Shown here piece after piece: positions 17,415-28,178 of a stretch of DNA of 64,000 nt. Below the pieces are notes generated by a model that saw nothing but the letters and a program-made list of their open reading frames with translations, ran no database searches and was not told the origin of the DNA. Position 1 is the first letter of the stretch; the number at the start of each line of letters is the position of its first letter. The DNA is from a virus. The translations under genes and the position numbers were made by a program. The stretch covers positions 64,001 to 128,000 of IMG/VR virus record IMGVR_UViG_3300023110_001943; one strand, written 5' to 3'.

Positions 17415-19472
17415 ATGGCTATAGAAGGATTTAAAGAAATAGTAGATAGAAGAGGATACAAAGTAGAATCTGAAGATAGAAAAATCTTTGAGAGAGAGAT
17501 TGGTAAGTCTTATTTCGGTCTTGGTAATGCTGATATGATTGAATTTATATTATTTGATTCAAATGAAAATCAATTACCACAAGGTGAAGATGGTAAGTTA
17601 GTTAGATACATAAACTTAAATGATTCTAATATTAATGAATATTTTATTATTTCAAATAATAACTTTACAAAAAAATTAAACGGTGCTTCTGAGTTTATAG
17701 TTGATATTGAAAAATTAGTAAAGGAAGCTGGGTATTCAAGTGGTATTTTTAAAACTCAGGTAACTTTATTAAATAGAAGAGCTGGTTCTGAACCTGGTAG
17801 TAATGATAAATTATGGATTCATGAAATTTCACCATCAAGAACTGAAATTAGAGTTTTACCTTTAAAAAATAAAAAACAACCAAACCCTGATTTAGATTTA
17901 AGATATAATTTATTTATTGGAAATTCACAATTTAGAGATGATACGATTTATTATGCAAAACAATATATTCAAAACATAACAACACAAAAAGTAATTGATT
18001 CTTTTTCTCGAATAAAAGGAACGCAAAAAGATACATCAACTTATCATTCTTTAATAAAAAAAGAATTTAAAATTGAAAGTATTGAACTTTTTATTCAAAA
18101 AATTAGAGAAAAATTTATTGAATCTATGAATTATTTTATTGATGATAGAGAATGGAATATTGTAGATTTAAATTATGGTAAGCCAAAAAATAAATTAGAT
18201 ATTGTTGAATTATCGATAAAGACGATACATCAAGTATTCGAACAATCACTTGGATTAATTATTCAGTATTATTTACCCAAAAGAACAATACAAGAAGATA
18301 ATGAATTAACACCAGAACAACAGGTTACATTTGATGAGGTAAAAGAAATTTTGAAATCGAGTGTATCTAATAATTTATACGAAGCAACTCAGCCTGATAA
18401 AATAGATGCTGTTATACGAGGTTGTATGGACCCTGATGCTTTAAATTATAATCCACAAGCAAAAGAAGATGATGGGAGTTGTAAATATCAACAAAATGAC
18501 CCAGACCCAATTGAGATTAAAGGTTGTACGGATGCTAGTGCGTTAAACTACAATCCAAAGGCAACACAAGATGATGGAAGTTGTAAATACAAAGATAAAG
18601 TTTCACAAAAAACTCAAACGTATTATGTTTGGTCTCAAGTAGCGAGTATAAAATACAAACAAGATGGTGTAATAAAAAATTTACAAGGTATTGAATATGA
18701 TTCATTTACAATAACATACGATGATAATACTTTTAAATTTAAAGGTGATGTAAGAACAGTACCGAAAATAAAAGAAATAAAACCTGTACTTGCAAGTTAT
18801 AGAATTACAAATGTAAGTAAAAAGAAAACGATAGTACAAAGGAATCGTCTAAAAGAACCATATCTAAGATATCCTGGTGATGAGTTTAGAGGATTTGGAT
18901 ATGGTGATAGAGATAGGTATGGATATGATTACGATAGGTTGGATTACATTGATGAACCAATAGAAATATTTAAAGGCCAATCAATATCATTTACTTATAA
19001 AGATTCAAGTGGAAAACTTAAAACATCAGTTCCTTTGGCACCAAATAGTACAACTACTATTTGTGCACAATTAGGTTCTGTGGTAACACCAGCTGGATTA
19101 AAAGCAACTCAACTTGGAGCTTGTGGTGGGATATTAACTGATGGTGGTGGGATATTAACTGATGATAGAATTGACTTAACCGAAAATGCAAATACTGGTA
19201 TTGGTGCTGGTGCACTTGGTGGGGTTGAGTTGGATTTAAGTGACCAAAATGAAAAGGCTTTATTTGATATTGTAACCGATACATATGACCAGGTAAATCA
19301 AACATCCACAAAACAATTTTTTGAGGACCAGAACAACAAAGCACTTGAACAATTTGCACCACAAGAAGAAACACGAGGTCAGAGCACAAGTGGTCAAAGT
19401 GCAGGACAAGGAAATTCGGTTAATAGAACATTAGATGGTAAAATAAAGGATAGACAAGTAAATCAGATATAG
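17415..19472 (+). CDS. Virion structural protein with two GCxD...DDGSC repeats
   Basis: IHEISPSRTEIR motif; Cys-bracketed repeats; lies within the baseplate operon. Confidence 0.7.
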   Translation: MAIEGFKEIVDRRGYKVESEDRKIFEREIGKSYFGLGNADMIEFILFDSNENQLPQGEDGKLVRYINLNDSNINEYFIISNNNFTKKLNGASEFIVDIEKLVKEAGYSSGIFKTQVTLLNRRAGSEPGSNDKLWIHEISPSRTEIRVLPLKNKKQPNPDLDLRYNLFIGNSQFRDDTIYYAKQYIQNITTQKVIDSFSRIKGTQKDTSTYHSLIKKEFKIESIELFIQKIREKFIESMNYFIDDREWNIVDLNYGKPKNKLDIVELSIKTIHQVFEQSLGLIIQYYLPKRTIQEDNELTPEQQVTFDEVKEILKSSVSNNLYEATQPDKIDAVIRGCMDPDALNYNPQAKEDDGSCKYQQNDPDPIEIKGCTDASALNYNPKATQDDGSCKYKDKVSQKTQTYYVWSQVASIKYKQDGVIKNLQGIEYDSFTITYDDNTFKFKGDVRTVPKIKEIKPVLASYRITNVSKKKTIVQRNRLKEPYLRYPGDEFRGFGYGDRDRYGYDYDRLDYIDEPIEIFKGQSISFTYKDSSGKLKTSVPLAPNSTTTICAQLGSVVTPAGLKATQLGACGGILTDGGGILTDDRIDLTENANTGIGAGALGGVELDLSDQNEKALFDIVTDTYDQVNQTSTKQFFEDQNNKALEQFAPQEETRGQSTSGQSAGQGNSVNRTLDGKIKDRQVNQI
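18420..18590 (+). repeat. Two GC(M/T)DxxALNYNPxAxxDDGSCKY repeats
   Basis: Copies at 18420-18488 and 18522-18590; a third copy lies at 19637-19705 in the next gene. Confidence 0.9.
19123..19164 (+). repeat. Exact 21-bp in-frame tandem duplication
   Basis: GTGGTGGGATATTAACTGATG x2, encoding GGILTD twice. Confidence 0.9.
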
Positions 19473-19480
19473 GATAGATA

Positions 19481-22400
19481 ATGATTAGACAAGAGTTTGC
19501 TATATACGATGATAATTTCAACAACGGATTCAACGAAGGATTCGATGATACTCTTCGTGTCGATGAGTTTGATTATGGAGTTGGAGGTGGTGGTGGTAGT
19601 ATCATACGAGGTGGTGGAGGTACTACTATTATAAATGGATGTACAGACTCTAAAGCAAAAAACTATAATAGATTTGCAACAAGAGATGATGGTAGCTGTA
19701 GATATAATCCTCCAGCGTTACCAGTATTACTTGATAAAAGTAAAAGTATTACATTTACTATTGGGGTACAAAATGGAAAAGCAGCTAACGTATTTGTTGA
19801 TGGTGTTTCTAATACAGTTACTAAGGCAGGATTAACTTTTACTGAAAAGGAATTATTAACTCCTAAATTAATAAATGTAGTTTCAAATAACAAAGAAAAA
19901 TCAATTGAAACGTATCGAATCAAAACATTACATAAAACAATATTTAAAAATATTAAACCCGTACTTGAAAAAGATTTTGATGATGATACGGTAATTAGAG
20001 ATTTTGAAGATAGAATTAAATTTCGTTCTGATATAAATTTTAGACCAGATTTTAATATTTTTGAATCTGGTAGACAACCTATTTTTAATATTGGTGGATT
20101 TGGAAACACAAGAATTCCTGCTATTGATTATGATAGACCAACAACAAGACCAACTCTTGGAATTGCACCGTATATACCACCAACAAACTTTAAGAAACCA
20201 TCTTTAACATTTGGAACGTTTGAGTGGACTACTTATGAGTTAATAATTGAAAAAAGAGATACAAATGGTTCATTTATGCCATTTCCTACACCAAAGCCTC
20301 AAAAAATAAATGGAATAGAATTAATTGAAAAGGCAAGAGTAGTACCTTTATATTTTAGATTTCCTCAACTTCCTCCTCCACTTCCTATTGTAAATGTATT
20401 TGATATAAAAATAAAAGGAGATGTAAGTAGTGATGAGATTATTAGATATACTACTTCTGATGGACAAACTGGTTTAGTTCGTAATGGATTAAATCAAATA
20501 ACAGTTAATAAAGTTGGAAAAGATACATCTTGTTATATACAATTTAATGGTATTGGTATAAATGATTATTCTCATCAAGTAGAATATAAGTACGAAAACA
20601 ATACAGATAAAACAAGAGGAGAAACTAAAAAAGGAATTGATTCTACTTTTAATTTATCTGTTGGTGAAAACTTTTTTAAAGTAACCGCAAATAAACAAGT
20701 ATTTACTCCAGACCCAAGTTCACCTACAATTAAGGTAGAAAATAATAATGTAATTTTTAACATTGCTAATTCTGATGATGTTAACGTTGTTTATGATACA
20801 ACATTTGCAGATAAAGTAATTTATACATTAGGTAATGTAGAACGAGAAATAGGACCAAGTGGTGTAATTAATTTACAAAACTCAGATTTTCCAAATGGTG
20901 TTGGTAGGTATGTACTATATTTACAACCTGTTTCAGCACGAGGTGGTAGTGGTGAACTTGAAAAAGTTATCATTACGGTAGAAAGTAAAGCTTATCTACC
21001 TGGTCCTGATATTACTCATATTAACTTTCCTCAAAATATCAAAGGTGCTGATTTTAAAGAATACAATATTGATTTTGAGGTTTCTTGGCAATCTATAAAC
21101 ACAAACTATATCTTAGTATATGCTGGTAAAGTTAGTGAAAGTAATTTAATTAAAAAAATCCCACCATCAGGAAACATTTCATTAAATGTAGCTGAAGTTA
21201 TAAAAATTATTGGTAGTGATTTAGATGAAGATAGGGATGTTACTCAATTTAAACTTTTATTCATTCCTTATAATGAAGAGGGTGATGAAAGAACAGCAGG
21301 TAAAACTGAAGAAGCTACTATTACGTTTGATAAAGGAGATTTAAAATTAAGAAGAGCAAATGTAGTAAATGATTTAAAATCTGCATTTATTTCAAATAGA
21401 AATGTTTCTGAATTTGATGATTACGTTTCACCACTATTAACACATTATTTACATCTTGGTGATGGTGATAATAAATTAATTGGTACCTGGGCAATTGATG
21501 ATAGAACTTTTTCTGAAGAATATAGAGATGAAGAAGATAATCAAATAAAATATAGAAATATTGAACCATCTCTTGTATTAAAATTATATGAACCTCTACC
21601 AATAACTATAAATGTTAATGATAAGGTTTGGATTTCTAAAGTTCATTCAATCCCATTAATTGACCAAATAACAATTATTGATGATGTTACAAAACATTGT
21701 ACACCTTTAACACCAAACTTTGATTTAGAAGTTGGAGATGATATCGGATATCAGATTCTTGATGATTTAATTGCAAGTGGTTCAACGTCATCAACACAAG
21801 TTATTAATGAGTTTGTTTCATCAAGTGAATTTTCATTAGAAAACTTAAATATAAATTTTGTATCATCATCTACAATGGTAAGTGGTGGAGTTGTTGTTGA
21901 TACTACCAACGATTACAATTGGAAAGATTTTGTAAAATATTCATCAGCAGTAGAAAGAGTAGAAAATTTCTATTACAAAATAAAACTAATTAATCAATAC
22001 GAAGCAAGATACGATTTATTAACATCTGGTTCAGATTGGACAGGTTCTGTTGCGGTAACAAATGAAGCAAACAAACAACTTGAAAAAATAAATGATGTTA
22101 AAAAAGGATTCGATGCTTTTGAAAAATTCTTATTTACATCGTCATCTGCCGATAACTTTACATATCCAAAAACAAACAATACTGGTAGTTTAATAAATGC
22201 ATTTAGTTCATCTGCTGTATCTTGGTATAATGGTGCTATAGAATCTGCAGAAATATACGATGAATCAAATACATCAAGATTAACATATAACTTACCAAAA
22301 CATATACAAGAAGATGATAAGGGTCAAGAGTTCATTTTATTCTTTGATATGATTGGTCAACATTATGATATCTTATGGACTCACATAAAAGGATTCTCAC

Positions 22401-24787
22401 AATCTAAAAAATTAGAACACAAGTTCGATGGTGGTATTACAAATGATTTAGTTTATCATATGTTAGAATCTCTTGGTTGGGATGCTGATATGGGAGTTCA
22501 ATCTCAATTACTTTGGGAATATGCCTTCGGACAACACTCAGATGGAACTCAGATAACCGAGATGAGTGGTAAGAGTAGACAACAAGAAGTTTGGAGAAGA
22601 TTACTAAATAACTTACCATATCTTTATAAACACAAAGGAACTAAAAGAGCTTTACATGCGGCAATGTCGTGTTACGGTGTACCCGCTTCTTTATTAACAG
22701 TAATCGAATTTGGTGGACCAAATGATGTAGATACTTCTGGTACTACTAAATTTACATTCGAAGATAGAACTGCAGCAATTAACATAAGTGGTTCTCAGAG
22801 AATAGATGTACCTTGGAAAGAATATTCAGGTACTTCAGAATATCCAAATTCAGTTGAATTAAGATTTAATACAGAAGTTAGAGGAAATCAACAACTAATT
22901 AGTGGTAGTGATTGGAGTTTAAATTTATTAGCAGATACTGGTTCATTAGCTAAGATTCAATTAGTGGTAGGTTCTGAATCAGCATCTACTGATACAATTC
23001 CATTCTTTAATGATGAATATACACAAATAGTTGTAAACAGAGAAACGGGTAGTTCTGATACATTTGAAGTATTTGTAAAAGAAGGATTCCAGGAAAGAAT
23101 TAGAAACCAAGTTTCTGCTTCATTAACTACATCAGAAAAAGGATGGACGAGTGGTTCATATATTTCAGTCGGTGGAACTGATATAACAGGTTCAGTTGAT
23201 GAATTCAGATTATGGACAACTGCTATTTCTGAATCTAAAATAGATAACCACACTTTATTACCAGATGCAATCGATGGTAATCATGTTTCATCTTCAACTG
23301 AAGATTTAATTTTTAGATTAGATTTTGAATATCCAAAAAATAGAAGTACGAGTGGAGACCCAAATATTAAGAATGTTTCTATAAATCGTTCTTATGGAGA
23401 ATCTTATGCAACCGCATCTTTATTTGATAATAATACTACCTATCCATATCACTACACACCATATGATAGAACAGTAACTGCGGATGTACCTTCAAGTGGA
23501 TTTAACTTTAGTAACAAAGTAAGATTTGAAACTCAAACAAAGATTACAGAATTATCTTATAGAAGTAGAGCAACTAAAAAATCGTATGACCAAGCACCAA
23601 TCGATTCGGATAGATTAGGATTATTCTTCTCACCAATCAAAGAGATTAATATGGATATCCTTAAATCTCTTGGTTCATTTAATATTGATAATTATATTGG
23701 TAATCCACAAGATGAATATTCTGATGAATATACTGAATTAAAACAACTAAGAAATTATTACTTTGATAGATATAATTTAAATTTATACGAATATATTCAA
23801 CTTGTAAGATATATTGATAAATCATTATTTGAAACACTTGAATCTCTTGTACCCGCAAGAGCAAAAGTATCAAGTGGATTATTGATTGAACCACATATTC
23901 TTGAAAGAAGTAAAACTAAATGGAACAGACCTACATCTGAAAAGAAAGATTATTCAACAATAATAGATGTAGAAAGTGATGTTAATGTAAGTTCAACAAA
24001 CCCACAATATTCAATGAGTTTGGATGTTGAACAAGATGTTAACTTAAGTGGAACATCACCATTTTATTCATCTACCATCAATGCAGAGGCCGATGTTAAT
24101 CTAACAGGTACAGCTCCTTTTTATTCTTCAAGTATAAACACAGAAGAAGATATTAATTTAATTGGAGAAATGACCGTAAACTCTGGCTCTGATATGGGTG
24201 GTATTGTATTTAACATTGATGCAAAAATTACAGGTTCTATACAAGGTCAATATGATTCTACAAAATATCAACAAATAGGAATGGACCCTGATTCATTATC
24301 AAGATTAGGATTTGGATTATATGGTGAAAATGGAAATTCACAGAGAACTTATATAGATGCATTTGGTAATGTTCAAAAAGATAGAGTTAAGATATATTTA
24401 TTAAAACAATCTTATACTGAAGATGTACCGCAAAATAGAGATTTCTTTGATGCATCAAGAGGTAGAGAATTTGTAACACAAACAAAATACAGATACAAAG
24501 TAAATATATTACCATTTACAGGTTCAGATGGAAATGAGATGAGTTCTTCTGTTGGGGGTGATATTGTTGAAGTAACACCACTTGATGGATACTTCCCACT
24601 ACATTATAGAAATGTTGGTGATTTGACAAGTGGATTGGAAAATTCATTTCATAATGGTTCAAAACAAACTGCAGCTACAACTACCGATGGTGGTTCACCT
24701 GTACAAACATTTACAACAAATCCTAACACATTGAGAGTAAACGATAGTGGTAGAGGAAGTGGAGAACCAATTTTAGAAGTAGATTAA
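19481..24787 (+). CDS. Large baseplate wedge/structural protein (gp7/P2 gpI-like segment, LamG-like domain)
   Basis: RRLLNNLPYLYKHKGTKRAL; LamG-like GSVDEFRLW; VPARAK...GLLIEPHILER. Confidence 0.7.
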   Translation: MIRQEFAIYDDNFNNGFNEGFDDTLRVDEFDYGVGGGGGSIIRGGGGTTIINGCTDSKAKNYNRFATRDDGSCRYNPPALPVLLDKSKSITFTIGVQNGKAANVFVDGVSNTVTKAGLTFTEKELLTPKLINVVSNNKEKSIETYRIKTLHKTIFKNIKPVLEKDFDDDTVIRDFEDRIKFRSDINFRPDFNIFESGRQPIFNIGGFGNTRIPAIDYDRPTTRPTLGIAPYIPPTNFKKPSLTFGTFEWTTYELIIEKRDTNGSFMPFPTPKPQKINGIELIEKARVVPLYFRFPQLPPPLPIVNVFDIKIKGDVSSDEIIRYTTSDGQTGLVRNGLNQITVNKVGKDTSCYIQFNGIGINDYSHQVEYKYENNTDKTRGETKKGIDSTFNLSVGENFFKVTANKQVFTPDPSSPTIKVENNNVIFNIANSDDVNVVYDTTFADKVIYTLGNVEREIGPSGVINLQNSDFPNGVGRYVLYLQPVSARGGSGELEKVIITVESKAYLPGPDITHINFPQNIKGADFKEYNIDFEVSWQSINTNYILVYAGKVSESNLIKKIPPSGNISLNVAEVIKIIGSDLDEDRDVTQFKLLFIPYNEEGDERTAGKTEEATITFDKGDLKLRRANVVNDLKSAFISNRNVSEFDDYVSPLLTHYLHLGDGDNKLIGTWAIDDRTFSEEYRDEEDNQIKYRNIEPSLVLKLYEPLPITINVNDKVWISKVHSIPLIDQITIIDDVTKHCTPLTPNFDLEVGDDIGYQILDDLIASGSTSSTQVINEFVSSSEFSLENLNINFVSSSTMVSGGVVVDTTNDYNWKDFVKYSSAVERVENFYYKIKLINQYEARYDLLTSGSDWTGSVAVTNEANKQLEKINDVKKGFDAFEKFLFTSSSADNFTYPKTNNTGSLINAFSSSAVSWYNGAIESAEIYDESNTSRLTYNLPKHIQEDDKGQEFILFFDMIGQHYDILWTHIKGFSQSKKLEHKFDGGITNDLVYHMLESLGWDADMGVQSQLLWEYAFGQHSDGTQITEMSGKSRQQEVWRRLLNNLPYLYKHKGTKRALHAAMSCYGVPASLLTVIEFGGPNDVDTSGTTKFTFEDRTAAINISGSQRIDVPWKEYSGTSEYPNSVELRFNTEVRGNQQLISGSDWSLNLLADTGSLAKIQLVVGSESASTDTIPFFNDEYTQIVVNRETGSSDTFEVFVKEGFQERIRNQVSASLTTSEKGWTSGSYISVGGTDITGSVDEFRLWTTAISESKIDNHTLLPDAIDGNHVSSSTEDLIFRLDFEYPKNRSTSGDPNIKNVSINRSYGESYATASLFDNNTTYPYHYTPYDRTVTADVPSSGFNFSNKVRFETQTKITELSYRSRATKKSYDQAPIDSDRLGLFFSPIKEINMDILKSLGSFNIDNYIGNPQDEYSDEYTELKQLRNYYFDRYNLNLYEYIQLVRYIDKSLFETLESLVPARAKVSSGLLIEPHILERSKTKWNRPTSEKKDYSTIIDVESDVNVSSTNPQYSMSLDVEQDVNLSGTSPFYSSTINAEADVNLTGTAPFYSSSINTEEDINLIGEMTVNSGSDMGGIVFNIDAKITGSIQGQYDSTKYQQIGMDPDSLSRLGFGLYGENGNSQRTYIDAFGNVQKDRVKIYLLKQSYTEDVPQNRDFFDASRGREFVTQTKYRYKVNILPFTGSDGNEMSSSVGGDIVEVTPLDGYFPLHYRNVGDLTSGLENSFHNGSKQTAATTTDGGSPVQTFTTNPNTLRVNDSGRGSGEPILEVD
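23951..24168 (+). repeat. About four 19-aa repeats YSxxIxxExDVNLxGTxPF
   Basis: Visible in the translation of 19481-24787. Confidence 0.75.
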
Positions 24788-24817
24788 TAAAGAAAAATAA
24801 CTAAAAATAATAAATGT

Positions 24818-24827
24818 TATATTTATA
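24818..24827 (+). promoter_or_regulatory. Putative late promoter TATATTTATA
   Basis: Intergenic, 29 nt before the ATG at 24857. Confidence 0.65.
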
Positions 24828-24856
24828 TATTGAACAATAACAAGGAATTTTAAATT

Positions 24857-25486
24857 ATGGCTTATTTAGATAATACCGAAATCACAGTAGATGCAATTCT
24901 CACAAAGAAGGGTAGGGAGAAGTTAGCAGCTGGGCAAGGTTTAAACATCACAAAGTTTGCTTTGGGTGATGATGAAATTGATTATACCCTTTACGAACCA
25001 GCACACCCAAAGGGAAGTGCTTATTATGATGCTTCTATTAAGGCAATACCTGTAACTGAAGCTTCACCAGATGAAACTCAAGTTTTAAGATATAAATTAG
25101 TTACCTTACCTAAAGGTACAACTAAAATTCCTAAAGTTGAGTTTGGAGTCCCTTCAATTTCTACAACTCAAAATGGTGGACAGGTGAACTTATCACCAAC
25201 AACTTCACCAAGTGGTAATACACAAAGTGGATATACGGTAATTCTTGCTAACAAGAATGCTGGTTCAATCGTTGGTAGTGGATTAGCAGATGGAGCAGGA
25301 GGAACACCAACATTCTTAGGTGATGAATTAACTGCAACGGCAGCAGTTGAGACTGGATTAACATTCACATTTATCCCTAACCCAAATATTACAGCAACAA
25401 TTAAAACAACGATTACAGTATATGGTAACGAAACTGGTGGTTCACAATCTATTCCAGTAACAATTACTTATGTACAACCAACATAA
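24857..25486 (+). CDS. Virion structural (baseplate/tail collar) protein
   Basis: DAILTKKGREKLA...ITKFALGDDEIDY resembles tail-collar N-terminal domains. Confidence 0.65.
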   Translation: MAYLDNTEITVDAILTKKGREKLAAGQGLNITKFALGDDEIDYTLYEPAHPKGSAYYDASIKAIPVTEASPDETQVLRYKLVTLPKGTTKIPKVEFGVPSISTTQNGGQVNLSPTTSPSGNTQSGYTVILANKNAGSIVGSGLADGAGGTPTFLGDELTATAAVETGLTFTFIPNPNITATIKTTITVYGNETGGSQSIPVTITYVQPT

Positions 25487-25506
25487 AAAACGGAGAATAA
25501 TATAAA

Positions 25507-26736
25507 ATGGCACAAATATCAGGACAGGCAGGAGCAAACTTAACCCAAGAGTTAGCCAATTATTTATCCGCTCAGCAGGGGAACTTAACATCGGAACAAA
25601 TTGCATCGATTGTTAACCAATATCTTGTAGGTGGTGATAAATTAGCAACTCAAGGTGCAAGTGTAACATCGGGCATCTATAAAAGATTTACAGAGTTCGA
25701 CCAAATTAGTGGTAAAGTTGAAATCGTTACAACTGGTCTATGGAGTGGTGATACAGGAAGTTTAACTTCATTCTATACATCATCTACTCAGGCATCAGCA
25801 GCGAGTTCAGATTACTATGTTAATGTTTATAATGCAGACCCAGCAACGAATTCATCAGCAGCTGTACAATATGCTGTTGCTTATGGACACAAACACGCAA
25901 GTGGTTCTGTTTCATTATCAAATTCAGATTCATCAACATTAGCAACAAAAGCAACTTATGCACAATATCGTTCAATTCTTTTAGACCAAGATGATGAATT
26001 ATTTACATTCGTATCTTCTTCATCTGCAGGACTACATGATTCTTCAGATATCTATGTAATCAATGTATCACGTGCCAGATACAAAGAAAAAATGGATGCT
26101 GGAAACTGGTCATTAGTACTTAGTGGTTCAACAGGAACACACACTTTCATTGATGATAGTGGTAAAAAATTCTCAGATAGAGTTGGTAAGGCCGGTAGAA
26201 TCTTTAATGTAGGTAGTGGTTCATTAAACTTAGGTTCAGAATCAGAAGCAACTGTTAATTCATTAACTGCTTCAAATGGACAAGGATTCGGATTATTTTA
26301 TCCTGACCAGGGTTTAATCGTTTTAAATCCAGATGCAGTACATGATTTAATTGGAACATCAATTGATAGTGGTTCTAACGAAGGTGCATCTGTTTATAGT
26401 GGTGTTAGTAGAGAAGGTCAAAACCATTTCTTATTACACAATGCAATTGTAGGTGGTGGAGATTTTGAGGCAAGAAGAACTGAAAATGTATCTACACAAC
26501 ACTTCTTCGTAAGAGCAACTAACAGAGAATTTAACTTCTCTAACAACCCAACATTCGTAACAGGTTCAGATGGTTCTTTTGCAGAATCAACTTTTGAAAG
26601 AGACCCTAAAACATTTATTACAACCGTTGGTTTATATAATGATGCAAATGAAATGATTGCAGTAGCTAAAACTTCACAACCAATCCCTAAATCATTTGAT
26701 AAAGAAATTTTAATTAAAGTTAAACTTGATTTCTAA
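25507..26736 (+). CDS. Virion structural protein (paralog A)
   Basis: FNFSNNP and ITTVGLYND..EMIAVAK.SQPI.K C-terminal domain, shared with the next gene. Confidence 0.7.
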   Translation: MAQISGQAGANLTQELANYLSAQQGNLTSEQIASIVNQYLVGGDKLATQGASVTSGIYKRFTEFDQISGKVEIVTTGLWSGDTGSLTSFYTSSTQASAASSDYYVNVYNADPATNSSAAVQYAVAYGHKHASGSVSLSNSDSSTLATKATYAQYRSILLDQDDELFTFVSSSSAGLHDSSDIYVINVSRARYKEKMDAGNWSLVLSGSTGTHTFIDDSGKKFSDRVGKAGRIFNVGSGSLNLGSESEATVNSLTASNGQGFGLFYPDQGLIVLNPDAVHDLIGTSIDSGSNEGASVYSGVSREGQNHFLLHNAIVGGGDFEARRTENVSTQHFFVRATNREFNFSNNPTFVTGSDGSFAESTFERDPKTFITTVGLYNDANEMIAVAKTSQPIPKSFDKEILIKVKLDF

Positions 26737-26756
26737 AATATTTGAAATTTTAAAAT

Positions 26757-26782
26757 AAACCCCACTTCGAGTGGGGTTTTTT
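26757..26782 (+). terminator. Intrinsic terminator
   Basis: AAACCCCACT-TCG-AGTGGGGTTTTTT. Confidence 0.9.
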
Positions 26783-26789
26783 ATTTCAA

Positions 26790-26799
26790 CATATTTATA
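26790..26799 (+). promoter_or_regulatory. Putative late promoter CATATTTATA
   Basis: One-mismatch copy directly after a terminator, 17 nt before the ATG. Confidence 0.6.
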
Positions 26800-26816
26800 T
26801 AGAGGAATTACTGTAT

Positions 26817-27953
26817 ATGTTAAAGACAATACCAAAATCAAGTGTTAATAAAAGAGCTTTCCAAGTTTATAAACAATGGGAAGTTAATAACACGCAACAC
26901 GAAGTAATTTCTGCTTCTGTTGGTGAAGGATACTATGATATTGAATCCTCTGTTACTCAAAGTGGATTTGTTACTTCTTCACTATATCGTTCTATTAAAT
27001 CAAAGTATTACAATCAAGAAGCAACTCTTACAAACGTATTTGGTACGATTTCTAATCCGTATAATATAGGTACTGAAAGAAATATTAGTGATACTGTATA
27101 TGTAATTGCTATACCTCAAAATAAGTATGGTGAAGAAATAAAAAGAAATTCCATATCTTTAGAAGATACTGATAATAGTCTAACATATCAAGATGATGGT
27201 TATGGTTCACTTGTATCTAATGTTCCTTTATATACTCTTGTATCTTTAGATTTTCAAACACAAGAAATTATTATTCAAGATAATGATTTAGAAATATTTA
27301 CAGGTACAATAAGTAGTTTCGATGTACAATCTGGACTAGCTACACTAACATTTGGTACAGATACCGATGTGGTTCAAGTAGTAAAACTTGATGCTCAAAA
27401 TAACATTTTACAAACATCGATTCCACTTGATTTTGATGGATTAGAAATCGATGAACAAAAGTATGGTAATGTGTTTTATGATGATGGTTTATTAGTTTTC
27501 ACAAACGCAACTCAATTTTCAAGTTATGTTTTAGATTTTAAATCAACTCAAACAATATATGAAACTGAAGTATTGATTAGTGTTAAAGCTGGAGAATTTA
27601 ATTATTCACAAAACCCATCCGCAGTACAAGTTACTTTAAGTGGTTCTTATGATTTTGAAACAACTGGTTTACAAAATAAAATTGTAGGTGGAACTAAAAA
27701 AATTAAAGAAGTACTTGATATAAAACGAAGAGAATTCTTTAGTGGTAGTATTGACCATAGTGTTAGTGGTTCTTGGGATGATTACTTTACATCTGCCTCA
27801 ATAGACCCAACAGGTTCTTACTTAACAACTTATATTACAACAATTGGTTTATATGATAATGATGGCGATATGTTAGCAATTGCTAAATTACCCAAACCTA
27901 TTAAGAATTTACCAGATTATGATGTGAACTTTATTGTTCGTTTCGATACTTAA
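26817..27953 (+). CDS. Virion structural protein (paralog B)
   Basis: FNYSQNP and YITTIGLYD..DMLAIAKLPKPIK. Confidence 0.7.
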   Translation: MLKTIPKSSVNKRAFQVYKQWEVNNTQHEVISASVGEGYYDIESSVTQSGFVTSSLYRSIKSKYYNQEATLTNVFGTISNPYNIGTERNISDTVYVIAIPQNKYGEEIKRNSISLEDTDNSLTYQDDGYGSLVSNVPLYTLVSLDFQTQEIIIQDNDLEIFTGTISSFDVQSGLATLTFGTDTDVVQVVKLDAQNNILQTSIPLDFDGLEIDEQKYGNVFYDDGLLVFTNATQFSSYVLDFKSTQTIYETEVLISVKAGEFNYSQNPSAVQVTLSGSYDFETTGLQNKIVGGTKKIKEVLDIKRREFFSGSIDHSVSGSWDDYFTSASIDPTGSYLTTYITTIGLYDNDGDMLAIAKLPKPIKNLPDYDVNFIVRFDT

Positions 27954-27955
27954 AT

Positions 27956-27965
27956 TATATTTATA
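27956..27965 (+). promoter_or_regulatory. Putative late promoter TATATTTATA
   Basis: Intergenic, 20 nt before the ATG at 27986. Confidence 0.65.
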
Positions 27966-27985
27966 TTATACAAAGGAGATAAATT

Positions 27986-28168
27986 ATGGCTTCAATTGAA
28001 GAATTATACAACAAATCAGAATTTTCAAAATTAGCAGATAAGAGTAAAGATAAAACTCCTATCTCTGCTGATAATACAAACAAACTTCACAAAGATGAAA
28101 AAGCACTTGCAACAGCAAGAGGTGGAAAATTAAATCAGAAAAAATATTCTGATTCGGTATCACGATAA
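27986..28168 (+). CDS. Small late protein (60 aa)
   Basis: Late motif and AAGGAG upstream. Confidence 0.65.
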   Translation: MASIEELYNKSEFSKLADKSKDKTPISADNTNKLHKDEKALATARGGKLNQKKYSDSVSR

Positions 28169-28178
28169 AATTTTTATT

